A DNA stretch of 64,000 bases from an uncultured Nitrososphaerales archaeon (GTDB lineage: Archaea > Thermoproteota > Nitrososphaeria > Nitrososphaerales > Nitrososphaeraceae): positions 64,001 to 128,000 of the forward strand of contig CAVOHZ010000003.1 of assembly GCA_963695855.1 (NCBI GenBank), given 5' to 3'. Shown in pieces: positions 31,640 through 42,625 of this stretch. Numbering within the stretch: position 1 is the first letter of the stretch; every line of letters begins with the position of its first letter. The notes beneath the pieces are model-generated. The model had not been told where the DNA came from and did not search any database. It saw only the letters and a list, made by a program, of their open reading frames with translations. The position numbers and the translations under genes are program-made.

Positions 31640-33796
31640 CTATAATAACAACATCATCAAAACAATGATCATACCTGCGGCAAATACAAAAAGATAGGTC
31701 TGAGTAACTCCTGTCTGTGTAAACTTTACACATTTAGAGAGAAAAGTCATCGAAAATTGTATTGATGGATTAAGTCCTTGAGCAATCTTGCTTTCAAAAT
31801 ATTTCCATATTATACTGTAAAATTTTAATGGTATTTTTACAAATGCCCAATATAGTAGAGAATTAAGATACCATCTGTCATACAGGAACCTCCATACAGA
31901 CTGAGTAAGACCTGAATGAGATATAACTGCAGGATCTCTTGTCCTAGTTATATAAAATATTATTCCCAAGCCAGCTCCTATTCCAAATGCAAGAACTGAA
32001 GCAATTATTGCAATAATGTTTATACTTGAAGAGACAGGCTCTTCGAGATTGTTATTTGTGCCTATTCCAAACGATGCTTGAAGGTAATTTCCAAAGATAT
32101 GAAGGAGCTGATCCTCAAATAAAAAGCCTACAGCTCCGATACTTATCGTTGCCACGGCCAAAACCGCAAATGGTACCCACATTAACGCACTAACATCATG
32201 AAGATGTTTAGGTGCTTTCTCATGTGAAATGCTTTTCTTTTCATTTTTCTCACCTTCTATATTATCATGATTATCAATCTTCTTGTTATCTGATGAGGAA
32301 TTTACTACGCTGGTAGTTCCTCCATGTTGTTGTTCCAATTCTTGAAGGTACTTGCTCTTCTTACCAAAGAACACCATCCCAATCATTCTAAACGTGTAAA
32401 AAGCGGTCATTATTGCAATAACAAATGCAATAAAGAATAATGCAGTTCCAGACGATGAACCTGATTCTATTAAAGCAGCAAATATTGCATCCTTACTCCA
32501 GAACCCAGAAGTTATTAATGGAGCACCTGCCAGTGACAAACTTGATAACAGCATAAAAATGAATGTCTTGTTCATATTCTTTTTCAAACCTCCCATATCT
32601 GTCATAAATCGAGAGCCAACAACATGTAATATCGCACCCGCGGCCATGAAAAGAGATGCTTTAAACATTGCATGACTCATAAGATGGAAGAACCCTGCAG
32701 TGTAACCTTCCACAAAGTGTGTCGAAAGTCCTGCAATTCCAAGAGCCATCATCATATAACCTATCTGAGAACCTGTGGAATATGCTAATACTTTTTTGAT
32801 TTCCGGATTTACGATTGCTTGTGTAGCAAGGAGGAATGAAGTAATCGCTCCCACCCATGCAACTACTTCAAAAAATTGTGCAGCATTAAAAGCGGCAAGT
32901 GCAAAGAAGAGAGGACCTATCCTGGCAACTAAAAATACTCCTGCTTTTACCATTGTTGCAGCATGGATGAGTGCTGATACTGCTGATGGGCCTGTCATAG
33001 CTTCTAAAAGCCATTCATTAAGTGGAAATTGTGCTGATTTTCCTATTGCGCCACCAAACAGTAAAACTGCTGCAGGAACAAGAAGATTTTGTTGCATCAT
33101 TGTATGAGCCCATGTCTGATCTGCTAATAACTCTTTGAAACCAAATGTTCCGGCATACGTGAATATCAAAAACATTCCAGAAAGCATCATGACATCTCCT
33201 GCCCTGGTCATCAAAAATGCCTTAATTCCGGCATGAGTGGGAGAAGCCCACATGGCAATTCCTTTTACAAACTGACCTTCCTTCCCAACATAATATTCCT
33301 TTTTGTCTGAATACCAAAATCCAATTAACGCATAAGATGCAAGACCAACACCTTCCCATCCAAAGAAGACCATCAGTAGATTATCTGAAAGAACTATTAG
33401 CTGCATAGACCCGATAAAGAAAAGCATCCAGAACCAGTAACGCGTGATATCTTTATCTCCATGCATGTATCCAACAGAGTAGACAATAATCAAAAATGAT
33501 ACCCACCCTACTAGGTTTGTCATTATTATTGAGAGTGGATCTGCTAGTACACCTGCTTTGATATTCAAAGCAGATATCCAAGAGATCTGACTATGAGTTT
33601 CTCCCGATTGAACCATCGGAATCAAGGTAGCCGCAAAAAGAGCACTAATTAATGCAAAACCAACAGCAGAATAATTTGTTATTTTATGATTTGATATCTT
33701 AGCAATCGCTGGAATTAATGCAGCACCTACAAATGGTATTATCCACACTAGCCAAGCGTTTATCGCTATTCCTTCAAATCCAATTGATCCAACCAT
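31640..33796 (-). CDS. nuoL: NADH-quinone oxidoreductase subunit L
   Basis: GWEGVGL.SY.LIGFW, GKSAQFPL..WL..AM.GP, HAATMV.AG, HAMFKA. Confidence 0.95.
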   Translation of the reverse strand: MVGSIGFEGIAINAWLVWIIPFVGAALIPAIAKISNHKITNYSAVGFALISALFAATLIPMVQSGETHSQISWISALNIKAGVLADPLSIIMTNLVGWVSFLIIVYSVGYMHGDKDITRYWFWMLFFIGSMQLIVLSDNLLMVFFGWEGVGLASYALIGFWYSDKKEYYVGKEGQFVKGIAMWASPTHAGIKAFLMTRAGDVMMLSGMFLIFTYAGTFGFKELLADQTWAHTMMQQNLLVPAAVLLFGGAIGKSAQFPLNEWLLEAMTGPSAVSALIHAATMVKAGVFLVARIGPLFFALAAFNAAQFFEVVAWVGAITSFLLATQAIVNPEIKKVLAYSTGSQIGYMMMALGIAGLSTHFVEGYTAGFFHLMSHAMFKASLFMAAGAILHVVGSRFMTDMGGLKKNMNKTFIFMLLSSLSLAGAPLITSGFWSKDAIFAALIESGSSSGTALFFIAFVIAIMTAFYTFRMIGMVFFGKKSKYLQELEQQHGGTTSVVNSSSDNKKIDNHDNIEGEKNEKKSISHEKAPKHLHDVSALMWVPFAVLAVATISIGAVGFLFEDQLLHIFGNYLQASFGIGTNNNLEEPVSSSINIIAIIASVLAFGIGAGLGIIFYITRTRDPAVISHSGLTQSVWRFLYDRWYLNSLLYWAFVKIPLKFYSIIWKYFESKIAQGLNPSIQFSMTFLSKCVKFTQTGVTQTYLFVFAAGMIIVLMMLLL

Positions 33797-33911
33797 TCTT
33801 TTTCTTTTTCACCTTTTGTACTTTTTTTGTTCTCCATTTTTGGAAATTATCAGAGGACTTCTTCCCTTTTTCTCTTTGTCCGTATGAACCCAACAATAGA
33901 TTGCATTGGCA

Positions 33912-35732
33912 TTAATTGGGCATTCCATTAATGGCCTTGTTGGTTTTTGCTAACATCAAACCATCATCACCGTTGTTATTTGATATTTCCATATTTTTTG
34001 TGGTATCAGTTATTGGTAGAGAAACAACATCTGGAGAATCTGAGAAGATTGTTTCTGCATATCCAATAACAGGATTAACTAACGGATCTGGATAGACACC
34101 CATTAGCAATGAAAGAGCTGCTATAACTACCATAGTAGTTATTACATATCTATTTGAATCACGTAATTTATTATATTCTGGAGACATGGGTCCCAAAAAT
34201 ATATACTTAAACATCCTCAGAAGATAAGCTGACGTAAGTACAGTACATAAAATGGCAAGTGAAAACAATACTACCCTGAAGGAATCCATATTTTCCGCCC
34301 CAGTTTGTAAAGCACCGTTAAACAATATCCATTCAGACATAAATCCTCCTGTAGGTGGTACTCCTATCATTGTTAAAACACCAATCATTGCCAATGTTGC
34401 AGTGTAAGGCATTTTGCCTGCAATTCCACCTAGATTAGACATATTTCTTGTGCCTGTTCTCATTATTATCACACCGGCCATCATGAACAATATTGTCTCG
34501 CCAAGCGCATGCGAAACCCACATCATGGTACTCCCAGTTACACCAAGAATGCTTGCGCTACCAAACCCAAAAATAATGTATCCAATATGACTAATACTTG
34601 AATAAGCTAAAAGTTTCTTTATGTCGTTCTGCATCAATGCCATGGCGCCGCCAAAGATCATTGTTACTACTCCCCACAAGTTTACGTAAATACTATAATC
34701 TGAATAAGACACGGATAACAAATCTATCCAAATTCTCAATAATGCATAAACACCTATGCCGCTCATAGGTCCAGCGATTAGAGCAGATACAGGTGTCGGA
34801 GATTCAGCATAAGTATCTGGGATCCATATATGTAATCCAAAAGCGCCTAATTTTACAGCTATTCCTACCACAACTGCAAAAATAATTAAACTCATCCATT
34901 CAGAAGGGATTTTTGACGAATTTGCTTTAATCGTATCAAAGTCAAATCCACCTGCAAAAAGGCCCATTGCCAATAAACCCAAAAGCAAAAGTACTGCACC
35001 AACATGTGTCCAGAAAAAGAACATCAATGAAACTCTTTTTCTTGTCTGATAACCAAATAATGCTATTAAAAGGAACGCAGGAACTAACATTAATTCAAAA
35101 AACACGTAAAACTCTATCAGATTGGTAGAAAGAACTGTTCCCACCATACCCATAGAAAATGTAAGAAATAATGCAAAATACAATCCCATCTGTGTATTGA
35201 TTGTTTGACTTGAATATGGTTCAGTGCTGAATGAACTTTTAGAAATTTGATTCTGATGTTTCATCATACCTTTATCTGCGGATGATTCGTATCCGTTTTC
35301 TTCATTACGATTAGTGTCTATGTTGCCATAGCTACCAATATTGAAATCTTGATCATTTGCACCACCCTCTTTACCAGGACGCAAATTATCAAATTGTCCT
35401 GCTATCTTCCGTACCATGTATGGTTTTGAAAAAATGACAAGGATAGTAGATAGAACATAGATCGTCACAGCGAATGGAGAGCTAAAACCATCGAGTTTTA
35501 AACCAAAATTACCAAATTGACTCCATACATACGATTCCTGATAGATAGGATTTTCTCTAGATAATCCTATACCTGGAATAATCAATAAAATTGCTGAAAT
35601 CAATAAAACAGTAAAAGAAAACCAAGTTACAGAATCTATGCCTTTTCGTTTTCCAATAAAATAAGCCACTGGCGATAACAGTAGAGGTAAAAAAACTGCG
35701 GCCATAAGAATACCTGATGATTCATACGCCAT
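33912..35732 (-). CDS. nuoM: NADH-quinone oxidoreductase subunit M
   Basis: FY.FFE.ML.P, H.W.PD.Y.E.P, AYSSISH.G, F.SEW. Confidence 0.95.
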   Translation of the reverse strand: MAYESSGILMAAVFLPLLLSPVAYFIGKRKGIDSVTWFSFTVLLISAILLIIPGIGLSRENPIYQESYVWSQFGNFGLKLDGFSSPFAVTIYVLSTILVIFSKPYMVRKIAGQFDNLRPGKEGGANDQDFNIGSYGNIDTNRNEENGYESSADKGMMKHQNQISKSSFSTEPYSSQTINTQMGLYFALFLTFSMGMVGTVLSTNLIEFYVFFELMLVPAFLLIALFGYQTRKRVSLMFFFWTHVGAVLLLLGLLAMGLFAGGFDFDTIKANSSKIPSEWMSLIIFAVVVGIAVKLGAFGLHIWIPDTYAESPTPVSALIAGPMSGIGVYALLRIWIDLLSVSYSDYSIYVNLWGVVTMIFGGAMALMQNDIKKLLAYSSISHIGYIIFGFGSASILGVTGSTMMWVSHALGETILFMMAGVIIMRTGTRNMSNLGGIAGKMPYTATLAMIGVLTMIGVPPTGGFMSEWILFNGALQTGAENMDSFRVVLFSLAILCTVLTSAYLLRMFKYIFLGPMSPEYNKLRDSNRYVITTMVVIAALSLLMGVYPDPLVNPVIGYAETIFSDSPDVVSLPITDTTKNMEISNNNGDDGLMLAKTNKAINGMPN

Positions 35733-35797
35733 TTAACATGCTCTCCTCTTTTTGGTCTCTTACAACGCGTAGTTGATAATTGCATGAAACCATACAA

Positions 35798-36100
35798 CTA
35801 ACCCCGCAGACTCCTGTATTCTGCAACATCTATCTCTCTGTACAGTCTATAAGCGATTATTACAATAGCAAGCCCAACCGCAACTTCTGCAGCAGCAATA
35901 GCAATGGCAAATAAAGTTAATACCTGACCCTGAACGTCCCCAATATAGCGCGAAAATGCTACAAGATTAAGATTTGCGGCATTCGCGATTATTTCTATTG
36001 CAAAGATCATTCTAATAGCATTACGTTTGACTATTAACCCGTATACGCCTATTCCAACAAGGATTGTAGAAATTGTAAGGAAATTGATTAGCTCGGTCAT
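35798..36100 (-). CDS. nuoK: NADH-quinone oxidoreductase subunit K
   Basis: RN.I......E...NA.NL, AAAE.AVGLA. Confidence 0.95.
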   Translation of the reverse strand: MTELINFLTISTILVGIGVYGLIVKRNAIRMIFAIEIIANAANLNLVAFSRYIGDVQGQVLTLFAIAIAAAEVAVGLAIVIIAYRLYREIDVAEYRSLRG

Positions 36101-36768
36101 TTTATCTTAAACCGTCCCAATTTCGTAAAACTACTTTTTTTTTGGGATTTTTTCCCAGGAAAATCATCTTGTGCTATGTAGGGATTTTCAGTCGTACGCC
36201 TATTTCCAAAGCCTTCTGCACTATATGAAAATTTCAATGACTCCTCTGCTGCAAAGTCATTATCAGTATCGCTATTTTCATCTTCACGTCTTGCAAGAGA
36301 TAATGCTCCAATAATTGAGCCAGCTAACGTTAGTGCCAGTAAAATAAAAGCGGGAGAATAATAAGTTAACATTTCATTTCCAATTTTGTTAATCATTTCA
36401 GCTACTAGCGGTTTGGATTCAACTTTGGAAAATTCTGAGCTTAACAAAACTATTCCTATTCCGATCATCATTAAAACTGAAAATATCAATCCTGCTATTT
36501 TCCTTCCTCGATCTTCCGTACTAGAAAATAATGCTTGTGTTCTCACTAACATTACTATGAATATTACCAGTACAGCGACAGCTCCAACGTATACGGTTAT
36601 CTGGAACATTGCAACAAAAAGAGAATCCAATAATATGAAGAAACCTGCTATACCAAGCATACTTATTGCTAATGAAATTGCACCATAAACTATCTCTCTG
36701 CTTTCTAAGGCGAATAATGCAGAACCTATGGTCAAGACTGACAATCCTATAAATATAGTATCAACCAT
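36097..36768 (-). CDS. nuoJ: NADH-quinone oxidoreductase subunit J
   Basis: FQI.VYVGA..VL..F.VML. Confidence 0.93.
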   Translation of the reverse strand: MVDTIFIGLSVLTIGSALFALESREIVYGAISLAISMLGIAGFFILLDSLFVAMFQITVYVGAVAVLVIFIVMLVRTQALFSSTEDRGRKIAGLIFSVLMMIGIGIVLLSSEFSKVESKPLVAEMINKIGNEMLTYYSPAFILLALTLAGSIIGALSLARREDENSDTDNDFAAEESLKFSYSAEGFGNRRTTENPYIAQDDFPGKKSQKKSSFTKLGRFKIK

Positions 36769-37303
36769 GCCATGCTCCTCTTTCATCAATCTTTACTTCA
36801 ACCGTGCCATCATACTTTGGTTTGACTGCAAGTTGAGCTGGTGTATAAATAAGATTTTCTTTGGTAAACGAAGCCAATTCAAAATCATCAGTCATGAATA
36901 ACGCATAGAATGGACATGCATCTACACATAGTCCACAAAATACACACTTACCATAATCTATTTGTGGCATTATTGCTTTTTTATTTTGTTTCCATTTTTC
37001 GTTCACTTTGACCATTGCTATTGCCTCGGCTATACCTTCGCAAGTAATTGCACATAATTGACATCCCGTACATTTTTCATGAAAGAGTATGTGCCTACCA
37101 CGGGCCCCTGCAATACCAACGCCTTTTTTTGGATCGAATTGATAACCGTCACCAACAAGTTTCAATTTTTGTTCAGGAAATCTTAATGTAAATCTTCTAA
37201 GAAGCAAATGCTTTGAGCCAGATTCAATTGCTTTAATGAATCCTGAGGCGGTAGAGGTCTTTTTAATAACCGATGATGGGGAGGAAGATGATGGTGATGT
37301 CAT
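36761..37303 (-). CDS. nuoI: NADH-quinone oxidoreductase subunit I
   Basis: Two CxxCxxCxxxC 4Fe-4S motifs. Confidence 0.95.
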   Translation of the reverse strand: MTSPSSSSPSSVIKKTSTASGFIKAIESGSKHLLLRRFTLRFPEQKLKLVGDGYQFDPKKGVGIAGARGRHILFHEKCTGCQLCAITCEGIAEAIAMVKVNEKWKQNKKAIMPQIDYGKCVFCGLCVDACPFYALFMTDDFELASFTKENLIYTPAQLAVKPKYDGTVEVKIDERGAWHG

Positions 37304-37306
37304 ATC

Positions 37307-38566
37307 TTATTGTAATCCTCCTGGAGTTATTATCCCACCATATATTAGGGTTAATACAATGAATATGTTAATGAAAGAAAGAACTATTAATTTATACCAA
37401 CCTGTGTGAAGGAGAATATCGATTCTTATTCTTGGATTAATTCCTCTTGGAAGCAATATCAACATTATCATCCCAAAGGTCTTTATTGTAAACCAGAAAA
37501 TTCCATTGACAACAGTGGCATTGTAAATCATTTCTCCTGTGTAATTTGGAATCAGTTGTTGCGGAAAAATTTGTGGACCACTCCATCCACCTAAGAAAAG
37601 AACAACAAAGAGAGCGGCAAGAACATATAATTTGAGATAGGTTCCTAGCTGTATCAATCCATAAATCATACCAGTTGTTTCTGTTAACCAACCCGCCACA
37701 ATCTCACTTTCAGCTTCTGGAAGGTCAAAGGGTACCCTTTCTAGTTCCGCCAATGAAGAAATATAAAAAACAAAGGCACTCAGAGGAGCAACAGCAAAGA
37801 ACCAAAAAACGTATTGTGATTCTACCATGTCAGTTAGGTTCAATGAGCCCGCCAATAAAACAATTGGAAGCGCTGAAAGAATGAAGGGGATTTCAAATGC
37901 AATCATTTGATGAAGAGCACGCAAACCTCCGATGAAGGGATACTTGCTATTGCTGGACCATGAAAATAATAAAGCCAAAAGCGGGAAAAATCCCAATATC
38001 GCAAAAACAGCTAAAATTCCAACATCAAGATCTGATGCTACCCATCCAGGGGCTACAGGTATCAGCGCAGTAGTAGCTGCAGCCGTTGCAACAAAAATTA
38101 CAGGAGTTGCCCAAAATATCGGCTTATCAGCACCAGAAGGTATTATGATTTCTTTTGAAATTAGTTTAAAACCGTCTGCTATCAATTGTAAAATCCCTTC
38201 ATATCTTCCAGCATATAATGGACCTACCCTTAATTGCATCTTTGCCAAGAATTTTCTTTCAATGAAGATAGTAGCAGCTGCAATTATTGTACCGTATACA
38301 AACCCCGGAAATATCGCAGCTCTAAATATGTCGGTGTGAATAATGAATTTAATAATGGGAATAGTTCGTGTAGGGTCGACCATCATAGAAAAAAAGAGAT
38401 ATGGAGTAAGAACCTCATCTCCTGCATAAGGCAAAGGAAGATAAAAGAGTACTATGAAAATTACTGGTAAAACAACTAAAGTTACGATGACCAGTATCCA
38501 GAAAACAAGCCATATGATGGAACCAACAAAATTTCCAAATCTAAACCCTTTTGGTGCGGTCGCCAT
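37307..38566 (-). CDS. nuoH: NADH-quinone oxidoreductase subunit H
   Basis: ERK..A.MQ.R.GP, R.PFDLPEAESE. Confidence 0.95.
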   Translation of the reverse strand: MATAPKGFRFGNFVGSIIWLVFWILVIVTLVVLPVIFIVLFYLPLPYAGDEVLTPYLFFSMMVDPTRTIPIIKFIIHTDIFRAAIFPGFVYGTIIAAATIFIERKFLAKMQLRVGPLYAGRYEGILQLIADGFKLISKEIIIPSGADKPIFWATPVIFVATAAATTALIPVAPGWVASDLDVGILAVFAILGFFPLLALLFSWSSNSKYPFIGGLRALHQMIAFEIPFILSALPIVLLAGSLNLTDMVESQYVFWFFAVAPLSAFVFYISSLAELERVPFDLPEAESEIVAGWLTETTGMIYGLIQLGTYLKLYVLAALFVVLFLGGWSGPQIFPQQLIPNYTGEMIYNATVVNGIFWFTIKTFGMIMLILLPRGINPRIRIDILLHTGWYKLIVLSFINIFIVLTLIYGGIITPGGLQ

Positions 38567-38569
38567 CTT

Positions 38570-39745
38570 CTACCTATCTGCCTCCACAGGCCAATAATTT
38601 AATGCCCAATATATACAAGGCATGTCACCTAACTTTGATCCAATTAATAGATGAGGTAGGGCTAGTATATTCCTAAATGATCCAACAGATATTTTTACTC
38701 TATATGGTCTGGGGGATCCATCACTTATGATATAATAACCAAGAGCACCCCGACCTGACTCTACTCTCTTGTAAGATTCGCCAGGTGACCCTTTTGGATT
38801 CGATTGAAGTTTTAGTCTAACATCTCCTGACTTTGGCATTTTATCTAACAGTTCTCTAATGATGTGACACGATTCCCTCATATCCAGGAATGGTACATAT
38901 GCTCTAGCAAAGGAATCACAAGTTTTCATATACTGAACCTTGAAATCGATCTCATTATAGACATCATAAGGTTCAACTTTTCTTACGTCGTTCGGCACTC
39001 CAGATGCTCTTAATACTGAACCAGTTACTCCAAGATTTATCGCATCCTCTTTTGTCAAAATTCCCACATTTTCAGTTCTTTGTCTAAAAAGAGGATTATT
39101 GTAAAAAATATCTTCATATTCTCTTAGCCTTTTCTCAAAATAATTAACATATTCCAGGCATTTTTCCGTGAAACCTTCTGGAGCATCATTTCTTACACCT
39201 CCTGGGATATTGTATGCATGGGTAACCCTAGCGCCTGTAAGAGCTGTTAATAGATCAATGAATAATTCTCTGTCTCCAGACGGCCACATAAACATTGTAG
39301 AATGACCTAAAAATATTCCATATATTGCAAGCCAATAAAGAGTGTAAACCTGACGATTTAGTTCAGAAGCAATAGCTCTAATAAACTGACCTCTTCTTGG
39401 CACTTCTATTCCTAACAACTCTTCAACAGCAAGACTATAAGAATAGGTAATATTTGTAGAATCATGGATTACCGGCCTTTCAAGATGAGGTATATTTTGT
39501 ATGAAGTTTCTATATTCACACATTTTTTCTTCACCCCGATGAACATACCCTGGATCAGGATCACAGTACACAATATAATCACCATCTACCTTTATAGTAA
39601 ATCTGAAATGTCCAGAACCTGGATGTTGCGGACCAACACTTAAAGTCATTAATCTGTCTTCAGTTGATTCTTTTGCTATAGATAAGCCCAACTTGGTGGT
39701 CTCTTCTAGTTTCTTTTCAAATTCACTGTCAAATTTTGTAGTCAT
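38570..39745 (-). CDS. nuoD: NADH-quinone oxidoreductase subunit D
   Basis: GPQHP, GYVHRG.EK, E.DR C-terminus. Confidence 0.95.
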   Translation of the reverse strand: MTTKFDSEFEKKLEETTKLGLSIAKESTEDRLMTLSVGPQHPGSGHFRFTIKVDGDYIVYCDPDPGYVHRGEEKMCEYRNFIQNIPHLERPVIHDSTNITYSYSLAVEELLGIEVPRRGQFIRAIASELNRQVYTLYWLAIYGIFLGHSTMFMWPSGDRELFIDLLTALTGARVTHAYNIPGGVRNDAPEGFTEKCLEYVNYFEKRLREYEDIFYNNPLFRQRTENVGILTKEDAINLGVTGSVLRASGVPNDVRKVEPYDVYNEIDFKVQYMKTCDSFARAYVPFLDMRESCHIIRELLDKMPKSGDVRLKLQSNPKGSPGESYKRVESGRGALGYYIISDGSPRPYRVKISVGSFRNILALPHLLIGSKLGDMPCIYWALNYWPVEADR

Positions 39746-39757
39746 CCTTCAGATCAT

Positions 39758-40327
39758 CTACCTGCCCTTTATGCGGAAATCCTTCCTTAAAGGAGGTATG
39801 TCGGCCCAGTCTTCTGGTAACAAGAATCTCTCATTTCTTGGATGTCCTTCAAAGTAGACACCAAGCATCTCAAATGTTTCTCTTTCATGATATTCTACGC
39901 TCTTGAAAATAGGCAATAAAGATGGTAATCGTGCTTCATCTCTATCTGTTTTTGTTGACAGCGCAAGAATAATTGGAGAAATTTCTTCCCTCGAGTATGA
40001 ATTTAAGTGATATACCACTTCAATTGAATTATCTTCTGGATAATCTGTTCCAGAAACAGATTCAGCGTGATCAAAACCAATATCAGTCTTCAAGAAATTT
40101 GCAATTTCAAGTATATTCTTTGGTTCCACATATATTTTCATTCTTCTTGGTTTTAAATAGACTAATCGAATCTTGTTTTGAAATTTCGAATTAATTTGCA
40201 AATATAAAGAATTTTCTGTTTTTGAGTTTGGATCTATAAATGGAATATCATTTTCGTTTGACTTAAGGGTTAAATTGTCAGAGTTTTTATCGAACTTAGA
40301 TGAATCATTGTGGTTGGTTGAAATCAT
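39758..40327 (-). CDS. nuoC: NADH-quinone oxidoreductase subunit C
   Basis: ERE..EM.G..F.GHP, PLRKDF. Confidence 0.95.
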   Translation of the reverse strand: MISTNHNDSSKFDKNSDNLTLKSNENDIPFIDPNSKTENSLYLQINSKFQNKIRLVYLKPRRMKIYVEPKNILEIANFLKTDIGFDHAESVSGTDYPEDNSIEVVYHLNSYSREEISPIILALSTKTDRDEARLPSLLPIFKSVEYHERETFEMLGVYFEGHPRNERFLLPEDWADIPPLRKDFRIKGR

Positions 40328-40844
40328 TTATTTTATCTTCGACCTTTTGATTTTTTCCTGCAATAACATGCAACCTTGAATCAGTGTTTCAGGTCTTGGA
40401 GGACAACCTGGTACATAGACATCAACGGGTATAACGCCATCAATCCCTGGAAGAACGTTGTACGAATCAATATACAGGCCACCTGTTATAGAACATGCGC
40501 CCATTGCAATGACATATTTTGGTTCTGCCATCTGGTCGTAAACCATCCTTAGCCTTGGAGCCATCTTTCTTGTAACCGTACCTTGAACAACAATAAGATC
40601 ACACTGTCTTAATGAACCAAATGCTTCAATAATACCAAATCTTTCACAGTCATAACGCGGACTGGAAGTCAGCTCCAAATTCAACACTACAACATGCAGT
40701 TTCAAGATGAACTGGCCATAGGGACCAAATTCTTCCCCAGTTTATTGCATACCCTAATGGTTGATCAAGAGCGTTGACTAGTACATCACTAACCTTGCTT
40801 ACTAGAAGGTTAAAATTTGAAGGATTTATTAATTCTTTTAACAT
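40328..40844 (-). CDS. nuoB: NADH-quinone oxidoreductase subunit B, with a 1-bp insertion near 40670
   Basis: [10 protein letters not shown] / TSSPRYD.ERFG in adjacent frames; [13 protein letters not shown]. Confidence 0.9.
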
Positions 40845-40915
40845 CTATAGTAAATCTCCAGAATGTAATTCAAGTGTTTCATCATAATAGACATTCGTGA
40901 ACAATTCAAGGATTT

Positions 40916-41290
40916 TCACCATATTCCTTTCCTCCCAGAAAGATAAAGAGCATAGCCCATAGTAGCAAACATTATGCCTAGAAACGCAATCATAGGTAAA
41001 GTAGCTTGCTTAGGCATAGATAGAAGGGACGTACCCCAAGCATATAAAAATATTGACATTACATCAAAGACAACGAACATAAGAATATATGAATAGTACT
41101 GCATCATAAAGTGAGATCGGCCTTCACCAACAGGCATTTGACCGCATTCCACTGAAAGAAACTTCACGGGATTATATCTTTTTCTTGGAGATAATAGTCT
41201 TGATAAAATTAAAGATGGAATGCCGGCTAGAACTCCAATTCCCAAAGCATACAAGATTGGAGTAAACTGTGATCCCAACTCCCCAGCCAA
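40916..41290 (-). CDS. nuoA: NADH-quinone oxidoreductase subunit A
   Basis: ECG..P, YY....F..FDV...FLY.W. Confidence 0.95.
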   Translation of the reverse strand: MAGELGSQFTPILYALGIGVLAGIPSLILSRLLSPRKRYNPVKFLSVECGQMPVGEGRSHFMMQYYSYILMFVVFDVMSIFLYAWGTSLLSMPKQATLPMIAFLGIMFATMGYALYLSGRKGIW

Positions 41291-41326
41291 GTTAGTCTTG
41301 CTGGTCTATGCAAGATATAAAAATCT

Positions 41327-42529
41327 TTATTTTTTCAAAACTAGGTTAAATAATTGTTTTGCCACCACCTTGGGATGATTTATAGCTAATTTAATCATTT
41401 TAGCCATAGTAAAATCAGCTTTAATGAAGTCAAGAAATTCATCCATTGACATTTCTTTCAATATATCTAATTCTTCATCCCATTGATCATCAGATAAATT
41501 AATCCATCTGGATTGAACTTTTAAGGCCGATTGTATCTTCGTACCTATTATTTTTCTCCATTCTTTTTCATATTTAATTAAATATTTGAACGGATCATCT
41601 TGAACTAGTGATTCAGAACCTATTTTTCCGGCTAAACGTCCAAATTCTATAGCATGTCGAATCCCTTCAAGTACGAGTGGATTCGACTGTCCAGCTGAAT
41701 CTCCAACTAATAATATTCTATCATAAACTGTACAATCTCGTGTCCCTTGATTCGGAATATAACCATAATGAAATTCAACTGGCTCAATCCATTCTAACTC
41801 ATTAAGAGGCTTGAGTTTATTTTCAATCAATTGATTTAATAACCTTAATGGTTCTTGTGTTGATTCAGGTCTACCTATTCCTACACCAATTCTTATCCTA
41901 TTTCTAGAAAGTGGAAATGCCCAAGCATACCCAGCAGGTGAATATTGCTTTCCGACCATCAGACTCCAAGTTTCCAAATCCAAATTTTCAGAGTAACATT
42001 CGTATTCTGCACCAATCCCAAATCTCTTCCATCCTGAAAAATGGCCAAGTTTTCTACTAACAAAGCTGTTAAAACCACTCGCATCAATTATCAATTTACA
42101 TTTAAATTCCATTGTTCCCTTTGGAGTATTTACCTTCAGTCCGTTCAATCCTCCTCTGTCCTTTGGAACAGATACGTGAATTACATTACTATTTATCCAG
42201 ATTTCGGAACCAGAATTAGCTGCAAGAAATGCCAGATATTGATAAAGACCTCTAACGTCTAAGACACACGATCTATACTGAGTTCCTTTAATTAGAATAT
42301 CATTATTTGGAGATACAAACCGATAATTTTTTATCGGGTTATACAATTTCTCAGGAATTTCAAGTTTCTCCATAGCGTCGATCCATGAAACTCCACTGGT
42401 TCTAATGTTATGAGCTATGGATTTATCCCTTTCAAAAAGAATTACAGTTGCTCCGTTTCTACAGGCACTATAAGCAGCTGAAAGACCGGCAGGACCGCCT
42501 CCAACTATAGCAACATCATAAGAACGCAT
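41327..42529 (-). CDS. geranylgeranyl reductase-family FAD oxidoreductase
   Basis: VGGGPAG, GY.W.FP, LVGDSAG..NP...EGI. Confidence 0.9.
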   Translation of the reverse strand: MRSYDVAIVGGGPAGLSAAYSACRNGATVILFERDKSIAHNIRTSGVSWIDAMEKLEIPEKLYNPIKNYRFVSPNNDILIKGTQYRSCVLDVRGLYQYLAFLAANSGSEIWINSNVIHVSVPKDRGGLNGLKVNTPKGTMEFKCKLIIDASGFNSFVSRKLGHFSGWKRFGIGAEYECYSENLDLETWSLMVGKQYSPAGYAWAFPLSRNRIRIGVGIGRPESTQEPLRLLNQLIENKLKPLNELEWIEPVEFHYGYIPNQGTRDCTVYDRILLVGDSAGQSNPLVLEGIRHAIEFGRLAGKIGSESLVQDDPFKYLIKYEKEWRKIIGTKIQSALKVQSRWINLSDDQWDEELDILKEMSMDEFLDFIKADFTMAKMIKLAINHPKVVAKQLFNLVLKK

Positions 42530-42625
42530 TTCTATAATATTAACAATGAATTTGAATTAAATAAAAATTCATATGATGATAATAAACAAAAATCAATTTT
42601 TAGCAATTTAGATAAAAGGTTTTTT

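Noticed and set aside
30660-38470. Many short antisense or alternative-frame ORFs within the nuo operon
   Set aside because: Shadows of well-supported nuo genes, with no motifs.
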